This document shows, piece after piece, positions 54,848-64,000 of a stretch of DNA of 64,000 bases. Source of the stretch: Actinomycetota bacterium (GTDB lineage Bacteria; Actinomycetota; Acidimicrobiia; Acidimicrobiales; Ilumatobacteraceae). Location of the stretch: the NCBI GenBank assembly GCA_041175365.1, contig JBEDFA010000023.1:10738-74737 (forward strand), read 5' to 3'. Position 1 is the stretch's first letter. The number at the start of each line of letters is the position of its first letter. Under the pieces are notes generated by a model, which did no database searches, was not told where the DNA came from, and worked only from the letters and a program-made list of their open reading frames with translations. A program made the position numbers and the translations under genes.

Positions 54848-55650
54848 ATCATCATGGAGAACTGAGTGAGTACTCGGTTCGCATGATCAATGTCTCCACT
54901 GACGGAGACATTCGTTGTGACTTCATCGTATGTTGCACGTCCCGTTGCTAATTGCAGGAACGTGTCGCTGTCCGTGCTGATGTCGCAGCGGGATGTTGTC
55001 GGCAATTGATCGCTGACTTTGCCACGGCCTTCAATGATGGTGGTCGCGATAATGCGTTCTACGTGTCCAGTGACGCGAATGACAACGCATTCACCGTCGG
55101 GTGTTCCAGCACGTTTGCCGATCACAATCGGCACAGTGCGAATAAGGCGGTCAATAGTGTGTTCCGCTGAAGGTCCACTTTGATGCCCGGGCAGGCCTAG
55201 CGCACGACGCATGTCTTGTTCATGGGTCCAGCAATCAAGAATTCGAATCTGCAAGAAGTCGGCAACCGTGGACGGCCCGACAGGTGACATCACTTCACGT
55301 GCGAAATATGCATCATCCCCAGAGCGCATCTCTGAGAGACGGGCTGCAGAAATCTTGTTCCATTCCGCAAGGACCTCTGCCCCCGTAAAACTGCGCCAGT
55401 AATCAACTTCATCTTCGTTGGAGTCGCCCAGCTCATTTTTGACATGTGATTTGTCGGTGGCAACGTGCTGTGGGCGAGCAATTCCCAAGAAGTCTGATTC
55501 AAATGCCAGAAGGTGGGAAAGATTGTCTTGCACAGTCCAGTTCGGCAACTGCGTCGGTGTTTTCCACTGAGTCTCTGTCAACGCTGCGCAGAATTCGCTA
55601 ATAGAGCGCCAGGTTTCTTCGAGTTTGTCGATTGTGTCGGTCGGAATCAT
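54844..55650 (-). CDS. Mycothiol-dependent maleylpyruvate isomerase-family (DinB-like N-domain) protein
   Basis: The N-terminal pattern W....EF...L....W..PT.LP.WTV.D...HL is typical of the actinobacterial TIGR03083-type family. The assignment is from memory. Confidence 0.68.
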   Translation of the reverse strand: MIPTDTIDKLEETWRSISEFCAALTETQWKTPTQLPNWTVQDNLSHLLAFESDFLGIARPQHVATDKSHVKNELGDSNEDEVDYWRSFTGAEVLAEWNKISAARLSEMRSGDDAYFAREVMSPVGPSTVADFLQIRILDCWTHEQDMRRALGLPGHQSGPSAEHTIDRLIRTVPIVIGKRAGTPDGECVVIRVTGHVERIIATTIIEGRGKVSDQLPTTSRCDISTDSDTFLQLATGRATYDEVTTNVSVSGDIDHANRVLTQFSMMI

Positions 55651-55679
55651 CTCCGCAACCTACTGCCAAGGGAATGACT

Positions 55680-55940
55680 ATGTCGTGGCGAGGAAGGGCG
55701 ACTACCGTTAGAGCCATGGAACGCCCCGTACGGTTTGAGCACACCCGATTTCTTGGCGACAAGCGCACGCAGCTTGTGTACGACCTTGACGAATGGACCG
55801 AAGAGGCCATCATCGAAGAAATCGTGAATGAAGGCGTTGGTCTCTGTTTCGGACCTGACACCTTGGCCGAGGCCCGCAACCGTGGATACTCATTGGCAAC
55901 TGCCGGCGCTACTCGCCGTCTTCGCAAGCCCCGCGCGTAA
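55680..55940 (+). CDS. Small conserved hypothetical protein (86 aa)
   Basis: Track ORF 55632..55940 overlaps the divergent gene start. ATG 55680 lies 6-7 nt downstream of AAGGGA. The tail is basic (RRLRKPRA). I recognise no family. Confidence 0.45.
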   Translation: MSWRGRATTVRAMERPVRFEHTRFLGDKRTQLVYDLDEWTEEAIIEEIVNEGVGLCFGPDTLAEARNRGYSLATAGATRRLRKPRA

Positions 55941-55943
55941 CCA

Positions 55944-56711
55944 ATGTCCGGAGGAATGAACGGCACTTTCCGTTCTGGGCCTCTTACTCTTCACCGATAC
56001 CTTGCCGTTCCCGCAGGGCATGGTTCCTCGATGCCTGGCGTCATTTTGTGTCATGGCTTTCCCATCGGTCCTCTTGATGCGCGTCAATCAGGTGTCACCT
56101 TTCCTCAACTCATGGACCGCATGGCGAATGAATTGGGATGGGCTGCACTCACCTTTACGTTTCGTGGCTGCGGGTCTAGTGAAGGCGACTTCTCGATGCA
56201 GGGCTGGGTCGATGACCTGCGTGCAGCGATTGATCACTTAGAAGCTGAGACAAATCCAAACGGTATTTGGTTAGTGGGAACAAACACGGGCGGCGCATTG
56301 GCGCTCAGTGTTGCTGCCGATGACCCTCGTGTTCGTGGATGTGCTTTGTTGGGTGCACGTGCCGACTTTGATGATTGGGCGGGACAGCCTCGGCGATTCT
56401 TGGAACATGCTCGAGAGATCGGTGCGATTCGCAGCCCTGGGTTTCCGAAAGCATTTGACGAATGGAGCCGCGAATTACGTCGCTTCCGTCCTGTTGATGC
56501 GGCGCGCCGCTTTGCACCGCGTCCGTTGCTGGTCATGCACGGCGATGAAGACGAAAGTGTTCCTGTTGCTGACTCGCGCGTTCTTGCAGAAGCGCATGGC
56601 AGTGCAGAGTTGCGCGTGATTGCTGGTGCGGGACACCGTTTGCGTCATGACCCGCGCGCTGTTGCGGTCTTGCTCGGTTGGCTTGATCGCCAACGCGCAC
56701 TCAGCATGTAA
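55944..56711 (+). CDS. Alpha/beta hydrolase
   Basis: It has HGFP near the N-terminus, a nucleophile-elbow-like GTNTGG, and a C-terminal HGDEDESVP...AGH, which is typical of the fold. Confidence 0.75.
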   Translation: MSGGMNGTFRSGPLTLHRYLAVPAGHGSSMPGVILCHGFPIGPLDARQSGVTFPQLMDRMANELGWAALTFTFRGCGSSEGDFSMQGWVDDLRAAIDHLEAETNPNGIWLVGTNTGGALALSVAADDPRVRGCALLGARADFDDWAGQPRRFLEHAREIGAIRSPGFPKAFDEWSRELRRFRPVDAARRFAPRPLLVMHGDEDESVPVADSRVLAEAHGSAELRVIAGAGHRLRHDPRAVAVLLGWLDRQRALSM

Positions 56712-57695
56712 CTAGCTGTCGTGTCCTGCAGGGTGTGTGGAATGCCATGCGTAGGCAGTCGCGATGATGTCATCCAATGAACGCGTCGGTGACCAACCAA
56801 AGGTCTTGTTGATGAGGCTGGGGTCTGCGTAACACTCTGCGGGGTCGCCGGCGCGGCGACCAACAACTTCGTATGGCACTTTCTTGCCGGTGATTTGCTC
56901 CGTTGTTGTGATGATGTCCATCACGCTGGTGCCAAACCCAGTGCCCACATTGCACGTGATGCTTGCGCCATTGTTTTTGAGGTGGTCGAGAGCTGCCACA
57001 TGAGCGGACGCAAGATCTTCCACATGGATGTAGTCGCGCACGCCAGTGCCGTCCGGGGTGGGGAAGTCATTACCGAATACTTTGAGTGCGGGTGCATGAC
57101 CAAGAAGGGCCTTCATCACGTGCGGAATCAGGTTTTGTGAATAACGCCAATCTTCTCCGAGAGTGGAATCAGTTGTCGCGCCGGCTGCATTGAAATAGCG
57201 CAAGCACACGTGGCGCATGTTGGTAGTACGTGAATACCAGCCAAGTGTCTTTTCGATCATCAACTTGGTCTCCGCATACACGCTCTCGCAACGCGGCTCT
57301 GCATCTTCGCGAACGGGAACAGTGTCGGGTGTGCCGTACACGCCAGCAGTGGAGGAGAACACAATTCGTTCCACTCCGACACGACTCAGCGCATCAAATA
57401 ACTTCTGCGAACCGGTGACGTTGTTCTGGAAATACTTGGATGGATTCTCCATGCTTTCGCCAACGGCCTTGTACGCAGCAAAGTGAACGACTTCATCAAC
57501 ATCATGTTCACGACAAATGCGCTCAACAAGTTCAGTGTCTGCGATGTCGCCTTGTACGAAGGGAGCGTCTCCGACAGCTTTGCGGTGACCGTTCTCCAGT
57601 GTGTCCAGTACGACAACGCCACGACCTGTCGAACGAATGAGCTGAGTGGTGATCGAGCCGATGTAGCCCGCACCGCCAGTGATCAGGGTTGTCAT
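56712..57695 (-). CDS. galE: UDP-glucose 4-epimerase
   Basis: The NAD-binding motif is ITGGAGYIGS, the catalytic YAETK is present, and the RYFNAAG motif is present. Confidence 0.93.
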   Translation of the reverse strand: MTTLITGGAGYIGSITTQLIRSTGRGVVVLDTLENGHRKAVGDAPFVQGDIADTELVERICREHDVDEVVHFAAYKAVGESMENPSKYFQNNVTGSQKLFDALSRVGVERIVFSSTAGVYGTPDTVPVREDAEPRCESVYAETKLMIEKTLGWYSRTTNMRHVCLRYFNAAGATTDSTLGEDWRYSQNLIPHVMKALLGHAPALKVFGNDFPTPDGTGVRDYIHVEDLASAHVAALDHLKNNGASITCNVGTGFGTSVMDIITTTEQITGKKVPYEVVGRRAGDPAECYADPSLINKTFGWSPTRSLDDIIATAYAWHSTHPAGHDS

Positions 57696-58354
57696 TTTGA
57701 TGGCTTCTTTGCGGCGGGCTTTTGTGCTGGTGGCTTGATGACTCCAGCCTTACGCGGAGGAGTTGCTTTTGCAGGAAGCGGACGAGATTGCTTGTCGCGG
57801 TTTGCGGCTTTCTCCATCTTTTTCCATTCGCGCACTTTGATGAGCGTCTCTGGGTTTGTGATGTCAGCAACGGTGCGTGGGTTCTTGTCGCTGAAAACTC
57901 CCGCAGCCTTTTCCCAGCCCTTTGGTTGAACGCCGAAACGCTTGCCCAAGAGTGCCATGAAGATTTGTGCTTTCTCTTCGCCATATCCCGGTAGTGCACG
58001 AAGGCGTTCGAACACAACGGTTGCATCATCGGTGTCGTTCCAGATGTTCTCGCCCTTGTTCTTGTATTGGGTGGCAATGATGGCGCACATGCCATGAATG
58101 CGTTGTGCCATGGCCTTAGGGAATCGATGAATTGCTGGCTTGTCGAGGCACAGTGCCAAGAAGTCATCGGGGCTCATTGCGGCGATCTTCTTTGGGTCGA
58201 GATGGCCGAGGCGGTTCTTCAATGTGTAGGCACCGTTGAAGGCCCATTCCATCGGAACTTGCTGGTCGAGCAACATGCCGATGAGAAGCGCTGTTCCGTT
58301 CGCATTGAGAAGCGCATCTGACTCTGGAATGCCGGTGATGTAGAGAGTGCCCAT
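57692..58354 (-). CDS. HhH-GPD-type base-excision-repair-like protein with Lys/Pro/Ala-rich tail
   Basis: The pattern is LLIGMLLDQQVPMEWAF..P..L..RLG ... LPGYGEEKAQIFMALLGKR, as in actinobacterial HhH-GPD proteins. The C-terminus is KATPPRKAGVIKPPAQKPAAKKPSK. Confidence 0.72.
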   Translation of the reverse strand: MGTLYITGIPESDALLNANGTALLIGMLLDQQVPMEWAFNGAYTLKNRLGHLDPKKIAAMSPDDFLALCLDKPAIHRFPKAMAQRIHGMCAIIATQYKNKGENIWNDTDDATVVFERLRALPGYGEEKAQIFMALLGKRFGVQPKGWEKAAGVFSDKNPRTVADITNPETLIKVREWKKMEKAANRDKQSRPLPAKATPPRKAGVIKPPAQKPAAKKPSK

Positions 58355-58365
58355 GTGTGTCCTAG

Positions 58366-61074
58366 TTAATCGCGCGAGAGTCCGTGTGGCGCATCAGTAG
58401 AGATGCCGAGATCTGTAATTGCTTGAGCAATTGTGTCACTCGTAATGCCATGAGTTCCGTTTAATGCCGTGAGAACCGCCACGACAACGTGTTCGGCATC
58501 AGTCTCGAAGAATCGGCGAAGTGCATCGCGTGTATCGCTGCGACCCATGCCGTCGGTGCCGAGCGCAAGGAATGTGCGGCCGGGCAGGTAAGTAGCAATT
58601 TGTTCAGGAACAATGCGCATGAAATCGCTAACAGCAACAATGGGGGTGGATGTAGAACCCACGGCATCTTGTAGGAGGGACGTGCGTGGCGCTTCCGTAG
58701 GATGCAGGCGATTCCATCGTTCTACTTCCATGGCATCTTCACGGAGTGACTTGTACGACGTCGCCGACCACAGGTCGACAGTGATGTTGAAGCTGTCGCG
58801 CAAGATCTCGGCGGCACGTGACGCGGCAATGAAGGAAGTGCCGGAGAAGAAGATGGATGCATCAACTTCGGTGGTGTCTGTGCTGTATCGGTACAAGCCA
58901 TTGATGATGTCTTGTGGAGCAACATGTGCGGGACGTGCGGGCATCAACATGTTCTCGTTGTACAGAGTGATGTAATAAAAGATGTCCGCGGGTGATGCGC
59001 CGTACATTTTGTCGATGCCGTGCTCGATGATGGCGGCCAACTCGAACGCAAATGCAGGGTCGTATGCCTGGCATGCGGGCACTGTGCTGGCAAGCAACAA
59101 ACTGTGCCCGTCTTGGTGCTGTAAGCCTTCGCCCATCAAGGTGGTGCGTCCGGCAGTTGCGCCCATGAGGAAACCACGCGTGCGTGCATCGGCTGCTTGC
59201 CAAATGAGATCGCCCACACGTTGGAACCCGAACATGGAATAGAACGTGAAGAACGGAACCATGGGAATGCCACGTGTGGAATAACTGGTTCCAGCAGCGA
59301 TGAAGCTAGACATCGCGCCTGCTTCGGTGATGCCTTCTTCCAGAATCTGACCCTGTGCGGACTCGGCGTATGTCAACAACAAGTCGTGGTCAACAGGCTC
59401 GTACTTCTGGCCATGTGCTGCATAGATCTTTTGTTCGCGGAACAAAGAGTCCATGCCGAATGTGCGTGCTTCGTCAGGGATGATGGGAACAACACGTGAA
59501 CCGAAGTGTTCATCGCGTGCCAGATTGCGCAACATGCGAGTGAAGGCCATGGTGGTACTGACAGATTGTTCGCCCGACCCTGCGAGGAATTCCGTGAACA
59601 CTGATTCCGGAGGCAATGTGAGTGGGGAGCGCGTCCAATGCTTGCGCTCGGGAACAAAGCCATTCAATACGCGACGACGTTCCTGCATGTATTGGTATTC
59701 GACGGAATCAGGTGCTGGTCGGTAGTACGGAGGTTCCTCAGCGTCGAGTGCGCTGTCAGGAATTTCTTCATTCAGTTTGAGACGATCACGCAACGTGCGC
59801 AACTGTTCTGCATTCAGCTTCTTGATTTGATGCGTCGCGTTACGGGATTCCACTTGTGGTCCAAGTGTCCAGCCCTTGATTGTCTTGCACAGAATCGCAG
59901 TGGGCTTGCCAGAACCAAGATTGTCCGCAGCAGCTTTATACGCCGCGTACACCTTGCGATAGTCGTGACCGCCACGTGGCAAGCTGACAAGGTCTTCATC
60001 GCTGAGGTGCGCAACCATTTGCAGCAAGCGTGGATCGGACCCAAAGAAGTTCTTACGGATGTAGGCGCCGTCTTCAATGGCCATGCGCTGGAATTCTCCA
60101 TCGACAGTGGTGTTGAGTTTGTTCAACAGCAAACCATCAACGTCAGCGGCGAGTAATTCGTCCCACTTTGAACCGAGAATGACCTTGATGACATTCCAGC
60201 CGGCACCGCGGAATGTTGCTTCGAGTTCTTGAATGACTTTGCCATTACCGCGTACGGGTCCATCAAGACGTTGCAAGTTGCAGTTGACGACAAATACCAA
60301 GTTGTCGAGGTGTTCTCGTGCGGCAAGTGAAATCGAGCCAAGTGTTTCCGGCTCATCCGTTTCGCCGTCTCCCAGAAAAGTCCAGACGCGACTCATCGAG
60401 GTGTCATCAATGCCGCGGTTGTGTAAATAGCGATTGAATCGTGCGTGGTACAGCGCAGTGAGAGGGCCGAGCCCCATGGACACGGTGGGGTGTTCCCAGA
60501 ACTCCGGCATCAAGCGCGGATGTGGATAGCTCGAAAGTCCTGCACCATCGCGGCCAATCTCCCGACGGAAGTGATCCATATCGTCTTCAGAGAGGCGACC
60601 TTCTAAGAACGCGCGTGCATAGACACCTGGCGCAGCATGTCCTTGGAAGTACACGTGGTCACCCGGGGTGCCATCCGCTTTTCCGCGGAAGAAATGGTTG
60701 AAGCCCACTTCGTACAAACTTGCAGAGCTTGCAAATGTCGAAAGGTGTCCACCAATGCCTTCGGTCTCGTGATTCGCGCGCGTCACCATGACTGCTGCAT
60801 TCCATCGGATGTACGCACGGATGCGACGTTCAATGTGTTCATCACCAGGGAACCATGGTTCGTCGTCAAAAGGAATCGTGTTCACGTACGGGGTGGAAAC
60901 AGTGGCAGGGAAGCTGACGTTTGATTGTTGTGCTCGTTCAAGAAGACGCGCCAACAGATAACGAGCGCGATTCGGACCGTGTCCGGTGACAACGGAGTCG
61001 AGGGAGTCGAGCCATTCCTGTGTCTCGCCGGGATCAGTGTCGGGTAACTGATGAACGGAGTCGTCGTAGATCAC
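58366..61074 (-). CDS. aceE: Pyruvate dehydrogenase E1 component (homodimeric type)
   Basis: 902 aa. It has the N-terminal DPGETQEWLDSL, GGHLSTFASSA, a ThDP motif region (GDGETDEPE) and the C-terminal transketolase-like domains. Confidence 0.95.
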   Translation of the reverse strand: MIYDDSVHQLPDTDPGETQEWLDSLDSVVTGHGPNRARYLLARLLERAQQSNVSFPATVSTPYVNTIPFDDEPWFPGDEHIERRIRAYIRWNAAVMVTRANHETEGIGGHLSTFASSASLYEVGFNHFFRGKADGTPGDHVYFQGHAAPGVYARAFLEGRLSEDDMDHFRREIGRDGAGLSSYPHPRLMPEFWEHPTVSMGLGPLTALYHARFNRYLHNRGIDDTSMSRVWTFLGDGETDEPETLGSISLAAREHLDNLVFVVNCNLQRLDGPVRGNGKVIQELEATFRGAGWNVIKVILGSKWDELLAADVDGLLLNKLNTTVDGEFQRMAIEDGAYIRKNFFGSDPRLLQMVAHLSDEDLVSLPRGGHDYRKVYAAYKAAADNLGSGKPTAILCKTIKGWTLGPQVESRNATHQIKKLNAEQLRTLRDRLKLNEEIPDSALDAEEPPYYRPAPDSVEYQYMQERRRVLNGFVPERKHWTRSPLTLPPESVFTEFLAGSGEQSVSTTMAFTRMLRNLARDEHFGSRVVPIIPDEARTFGMDSLFREQKIYAAHGQKYEPVDHDLLLTYAESAQGQILEEGITEAGAMSSFIAAGTSYSTRGIPMVPFFTFYSMFGFQRVGDLIWQAADARTRGFLMGATAGRTTLMGEGLQHQDGHSLLLASTVPACQAYDPAFAFELAAIIEHGIDKMYGASPADIFYYITLYNENMLMPARPAHVAPQDIINGLYRYSTDTTEVDASIFFSGTSFIAASRAAEILRDSFNITVDLWSATSYKSLREDAMEVERWNRLHPTEAPRTSLLQDAVGSTSTPIVAVSDFMRIVPEQIATYLPGRTFLALGTDGMGRSDTRDALRRFFETDAEHVVVAVLTALNGTHGITSDTIAQAITDLGISTDAPHGLSRD

Positions 61075-61123
61075 GCCGACATTCTCCCACTATTGGGCGG
61101 GGATACACATTGCGCCCCCGTCC

Positions 61124-61588
61124 ATGGGGGACAATCGAAGGATGGAACATTCCGAGGACACCGTGGTTATCTACACAGACGGGGCATGTTCTGGGAACCC
61201 TGGCCCCGGTGGATGGGCCTGGGCCGTCTCGCCTGGTGGTCAGCCGCAGGCCAGCGGTGCTGAGGCTCGCAGTACGAATCAGCGCATGGAAATCATGGCT
61301 GCTTATGACGCCGTCAAGACTTTTGCCGACGATCCTCGAAAGATCATCATCGTGGCGGACTCCACTTATGTCGTGAAGTGTTTCAACGACAAGTGGTGGA
61401 AGGGCTGGCATGCCCGTGGCTGGAAGAACTCGCAGCGTCAGCCCGTTGCAAACCGCGACTTGTGGGAGCCATTCATTGATTTGGTGATTAAGCGCGGGAA
61501 CATCGAATTCACTTGGGTGAAGGGGCACAGTGGTGACCCCATGAATGATCTCGTTGATGCGTTGGCGGTTGCCCAAACCCAAGGCTGA
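61124..61588 (+). CDS. rnhA: Ribonuclease HI
   Basis: The motifs are VVIYTDGACSGNPGPGGWAW, STNQRMEI, ADSTYV and WVKGHSG.P.NDLVDALA. ATG 61142 is an alternative start. Confidence 0.9.
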   Translation: MGDNRRMEHSEDTVVIYTDGACSGNPGPGGWAWAVSPGGQPQASGAEARSTNQRMEIMAAYDAVKTFADDPRKIIIVADSTYVVKCFNDKWWKGWHARGWKNSQRQPVANRDLWEPFIDLVIKRGNIEFTWVKGHSGDPMNDLVDALAVAQTQG

Positions 61589-61645
61589 TGGGCTCTTGGG
61601 CGGTTCGGCTAGGAGCCAACGCCCTTCGTTGCGTAGCCTGACGAC

Positions 61646-62431
61646 ATGGAAATCAAAGGCGTAAGCGCAATTGTCACTGGCGGAGCATCGGGAATCGGTG
61701 CCGCCTCCGTTCGTCTCCTGGCTCAGGGTGGCGCAAAGGTCGTCATCGCCGACCTCGAGCGTCAGCGTGAAGTGGGCGAGGCCCTCGCAAAGGAAGTCGG
61801 CAATGCCGCTTTCTGCCCAGTTGACGTCACAAAGACAGAAGACATCATCAACGCAGTGGAGATGGCAAAGTCCATGGGACCACTTCGCGTTCTCGTGAAC
61901 TCCGCCGGTATTGGTGCAGCACAGCGCACCATCGGTCGCGACGGTCAGTACTCATCGGCTGCTGACATCGATCGCTTCAAGCTTGTGATCGCAATCAACT
62001 TGGTGGGCACCTTCGATGCAATCCGCATCGCAGCAACCGCCATGAGTCAGACCGAGCCTCTTGAAGATGGCGAGCGCGGCGCAATCGTGAACATCGCATC
62101 TGTTGCTGCATTCGACGGCCAGATTGGTCAGAACGCATATTCCGCATCAAAGGGTGGCGTTGTCGGTATGACATTGCCAGTCGCTCGTGACCTCGCACCT
62201 GCAGGTATCCGCGTGAATACCGTGGCTCCTGGTCTCATCGACACTCCTATCTACGGCAGCGGTGAAGCAAGCGAAGCTTTCAAAGAGCAGTTGCAGAAGG
62301 GCGTTCTCTTCCCACAGAAGTTGGGCAAGCCAGAGCAGCTCGCATCGATGGTTCTTGAGTGCGTCACGAACAGCTACATGAATGCTGAAACCATCCGCGT
62401 GGACGGTGGCATTCGTATGCCGCCTAAGTGA
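61646..62431 (+). CDS. SDR-family 3-hydroxyacyl-CoA dehydrogenase-like oxidoreductase
   Basis: The motifs are TGGASGIG, NSAGIG, and the catalytic YSASKGGV. It ends with the PGLIDTP motif. Confidence 0.88.
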   Translation: MEIKGVSAIVTGGASGIGAASVRLLAQGGAKVVIADLERQREVGEALAKEVGNAAFCPVDVTKTEDIINAVEMAKSMGPLRVLVNSAGIGAAQRTIGRDGQYSSAADIDRFKLVIAINLVGTFDAIRIAATAMSQTEPLEDGERGAIVNIASVAAFDGQIGQNAYSASKGGVVGMTLPVARDLAPAGIRVNTVAPGLIDTPIYGSGEASEAFKEQLQKGVLFPQKLGKPEQLASMVLECVTNSYMNAETIRVDGGIRMPPK

Positions 62432-63339
62432 GCATCGTTTTTCATAACGATCCGTTCACGCCGTTTGATCGGCAAGAAACACCTCTTAACGATTCCCCGG
62501 GCTTTGTCCCGGGGAATCGTCGTTCTATCGCTATTCCATCTGACCTGTTTCCCACTGCAGTGGAAGTAGTGAAATTGCGTGTCGGTGCTCGGCCACTTGA
62601 TGTGGCGCAATGGGTGTCGGCTGTCGATGACGACTGGATGCACACGATTGCGATGAAGCGCGCGTTGATTGCAGAACGCCCACAAGAAGTTATTGCGTGC
62701 GTCGAAGGTGCTGAAGAAGCATGCGAAGAAGTTGCAGCCGGAGTGCTTGCATCGATTGGTGCGAATCCTTCGATGGAATCGGGTGTTGATGCATTAGTAG
62801 ACGCTGCGCTGCAGGTCGCTGACGACTTATGCATCTTGTTGCCCGATGAGAATGGCGTCCCACGTTTGGCGGCAGCAGTGTTGTGCTCGCCGAATCGCTG
62901 GCGTCTCAGCGACAAAGTCGGTGGCACGATGGCGAGCATTCATGCGCCGGTTGCGCGATACGAAGAAGATCTCAATTCGCCTGTGAACTCGGTGATGATG
63001 CGATTGAATCCAGAGCGACCGATGTGGCGCATTAACTGGGGAATCTCAAATCACCCCGCATTGTTTCAACCGGAAATTCCGCCGGTAACGCCAGAGATGG
63101 ATGCGGCTGATATGTGGTTCCGCGTGGAATGGCAAACACTGCGTCGCTTGCCGTTGACTGGTGGCATTCTCTTCACCATCCGCACGTACGTCGAGAAGTT
63201 GTCAGACTTTATGGAACGCGATGAACCTCTTGTGCAGGACATCGCCGAACTCGTGAACAAGATCCCGGAGAATGTCGCGCAGTACAAGAGCATTGCGCCG
63301 TATCGCGAGAAGATCTTCGCGTATCTCGAAACCCGCTAG
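62428..63339 (+). CDS. DUF3445-family (heme-dependent oxidative N-demethylase-like) protein
   Basis: The pattern is LCSPNRWRLSDKVG..M..IH.PV ... RINW ... R.EWQTLRRLP..G.ILFTIR, typical of DUF3445. The assignment is from memory. Confidence 0.62.
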   Translation: MSIVFHNDPFTPFDRQETPLNDSPGFVPGNRRSIAIPSDLFPTAVEVVKLRVGARPLDVAQWVSAVDDDWMHTIAMKRALIAERPQEVIACVEGAEEACEEVAAGVLASIGANPSMESGVDALVDAALQVADDLCILLPDENGVPRLAAAVLCSPNRWRLSDKVGGTMASIHAPVARYEEDLNSPVNSVMMRLNPERPMWRINWGISNHPALFQPEIPPVTPEMDAADMWFRVEWQTLRRLPLTGGILFTIRTYVEKLSDFMERDEPLVQDIAELVNKIPENVAQYKSIAPYREKIFAYLETR

Positions 63340-63875
63340 ATACGTTGCATCGGTTGATGCGGCAAAGGCGGGAGTGATATCTCGACTGTGTCATCTATCC
63401 GTACGTTTCCGCCGTGGATGACAATGGCCATGACTCCGGCTCTTCGCTGAGGTGTGCCGTCAGCATCCTTGGGGAGGCATTGCTTCAAAAGACCCGTGCG
63501 AAATTGTTCAATCTGTTGGCACGGGTTTCGCAGACCGGTGAGCGCGATTAGAGATTCTTTGCCAATTCGCAACAATGTTCCAACTGGCAGTTCATGAAGA
63601 TTGATTCCAACAGTTGTGATGTTCTCGCCAAGATCGCCTGGTTGAATTTCGAACCCTTCGTTTGCAAGGTCAGTCAATGTCTCCAAAGGAATGAGATGGA
63701 CCTGTCGAAGATTCGGTGTGCTGGGGTCGATAGCCACACGAGAGCGATGTTTGACAGTAGGTCCCGAATGCGCATCGCCTTCGACGCCGCTGCCTGCAAT
63801 GAGAGTGAATTCATTACATGAATGCTTTGAGAAGGAATGCTCCGGCGAAAGGTGAAGATTGGAAACGTGAGCCAT
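63336..63875 (-). CDS. MOSC-domain protein
   Basis: Track ORF 63336..63938, with the start moved to ATG 63875 (MAHVSNLHLS). The pattern is G.GVEGDAH ... PGDLGENITT.GI.L..LPVGT.L.IG....ALTGLRNPC. Confidence 0.8.
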   Translation of the reverse strand: MAHVSNLHLSPEHSFSKHSCNEFTLIAGSGVEGDAHSGPTVKHRSRVAIDPSTPNLRQVHLIPLETLTDLANEGFEIQPGDLGENITTVGINLHELPVGTLLRIGKESLIALTGLRNPCQQIEQFRTGLLKQCLPKDADGTPQRRAGVMAIVIHGGNVRIDDTVEISLPPLPHQPMQRI

Positions 63876-63880
63876 GCGAA

Positions 63881-64000
63881 TCAGGTGGTGTAATCGGCGT
63901 TGATGCGCACGTAGCCGTCGGTGAGGTCGCAGCCCCACACGGTTGCTTGCGCAGTTCCGGTCTGTAGCGACACATGAATGAGCACATCGTCGCCCTTCAT
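63881..64000 (-). CDS. argJ: Glutamate N-acetyltransferase ArgJ, C-terminal end (gene continues beyond the window)
   Basis: Not in the track because it is open at the edge. The reverse complement reads ..KGDDVLIHVSLQTGTAQATVWGCDLTDGYVRINADYTT-stop. The ending WGCDL..YV.INA.Y.T is the characteristic ArgJ C-terminus. Confidence 0.72.
   Translation of the reverse strand: MKGDDVLIHVSLQTGTAQATVWGCDLTDGYVRINADYTT

Noticed and set aside
61085-61102. CCACTATTGGGCGGGG upstream of aceE, which resembles the left half and spacer of the suf palindrome CCACTATGGGCGTAGTGG
   Set aside because: It has an extra T and no TAGTGG right half, so it is not a palindrome. This could be chance or at most a half-site, and the evidence is too weak to call.

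Overview
All calls come from reading the sequence and the ORF track. No database search was run, so family names rest on recognised motifs and on prototype sequences recalled from memory.

The window is an actinobacterial chromosome segment. The evidence is a mycothiol-type maleylpyruvate-isomerase family protein, a bS22 mini-protein, and gene order matching Mycobacterium tuberculosis Rv1007c-Rv1023. Coding density is very high, with many 1-4 nt gene overlaps. I found no rRNA, CRISPR array, transposase or integrase.

Layout:
- 1-17.3 kb is a housekeeping block on the minus strand: eno, mazG, a parvulin lipoprotein, mfd, pth, rplY, prs, tRNA-Gln, ispE, rsmA, an RlpA-like protein in the rpfB slot, tatD, metG, rsmI and ychF. 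A 30-codon bS22 gene on the plus strand is missed by the ORF track.
- 17.5-21.3 kb holds sufB, a Cys4 mini-ORF, sufD, a Rieske protein and sufC.
- 21.4-26.5 kb holds an MFS transporter and a P2-type ATPase-htpX pair. The ATPase has a yybP-ykoY-like (Mn2+) riboswitch leader.
- 26.9-47.6 kb is an accessory block of small detoxification and stress enzymes. It also contains a heliorhodopsin gene at the end of a co-directional run that includes a GAF-ANTAR regulator. A visibly A/T-richer island encodes a Thr-rich surface protein translationally coupled to GT4, an unknown protein and a GH130-like protein.
- 48.3-50.8 kb holds a second, inverted suf fragment (sufC2-sufS-sufU). A near-identical ACTA-N6-TAGT palindrome sits in front of both suf loci.
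- 50.9-64 kb holds a desaturase, an MBL hydrolase, vapBC with a tandem palindromic operator, an acyl-CoA dehydrogenase, galE, aceE, rnhA, an SDR, a MOSC protein and the 3' end of argJ.

The items most worth follow-up are the heliorhodopsin and its neighbourhood, the Cys4 ORF inside the suf operon, the split suf system with its shared operator, the riboswitch with a readable SD-sequestering switch, and the surface-protein/glycan cassette.
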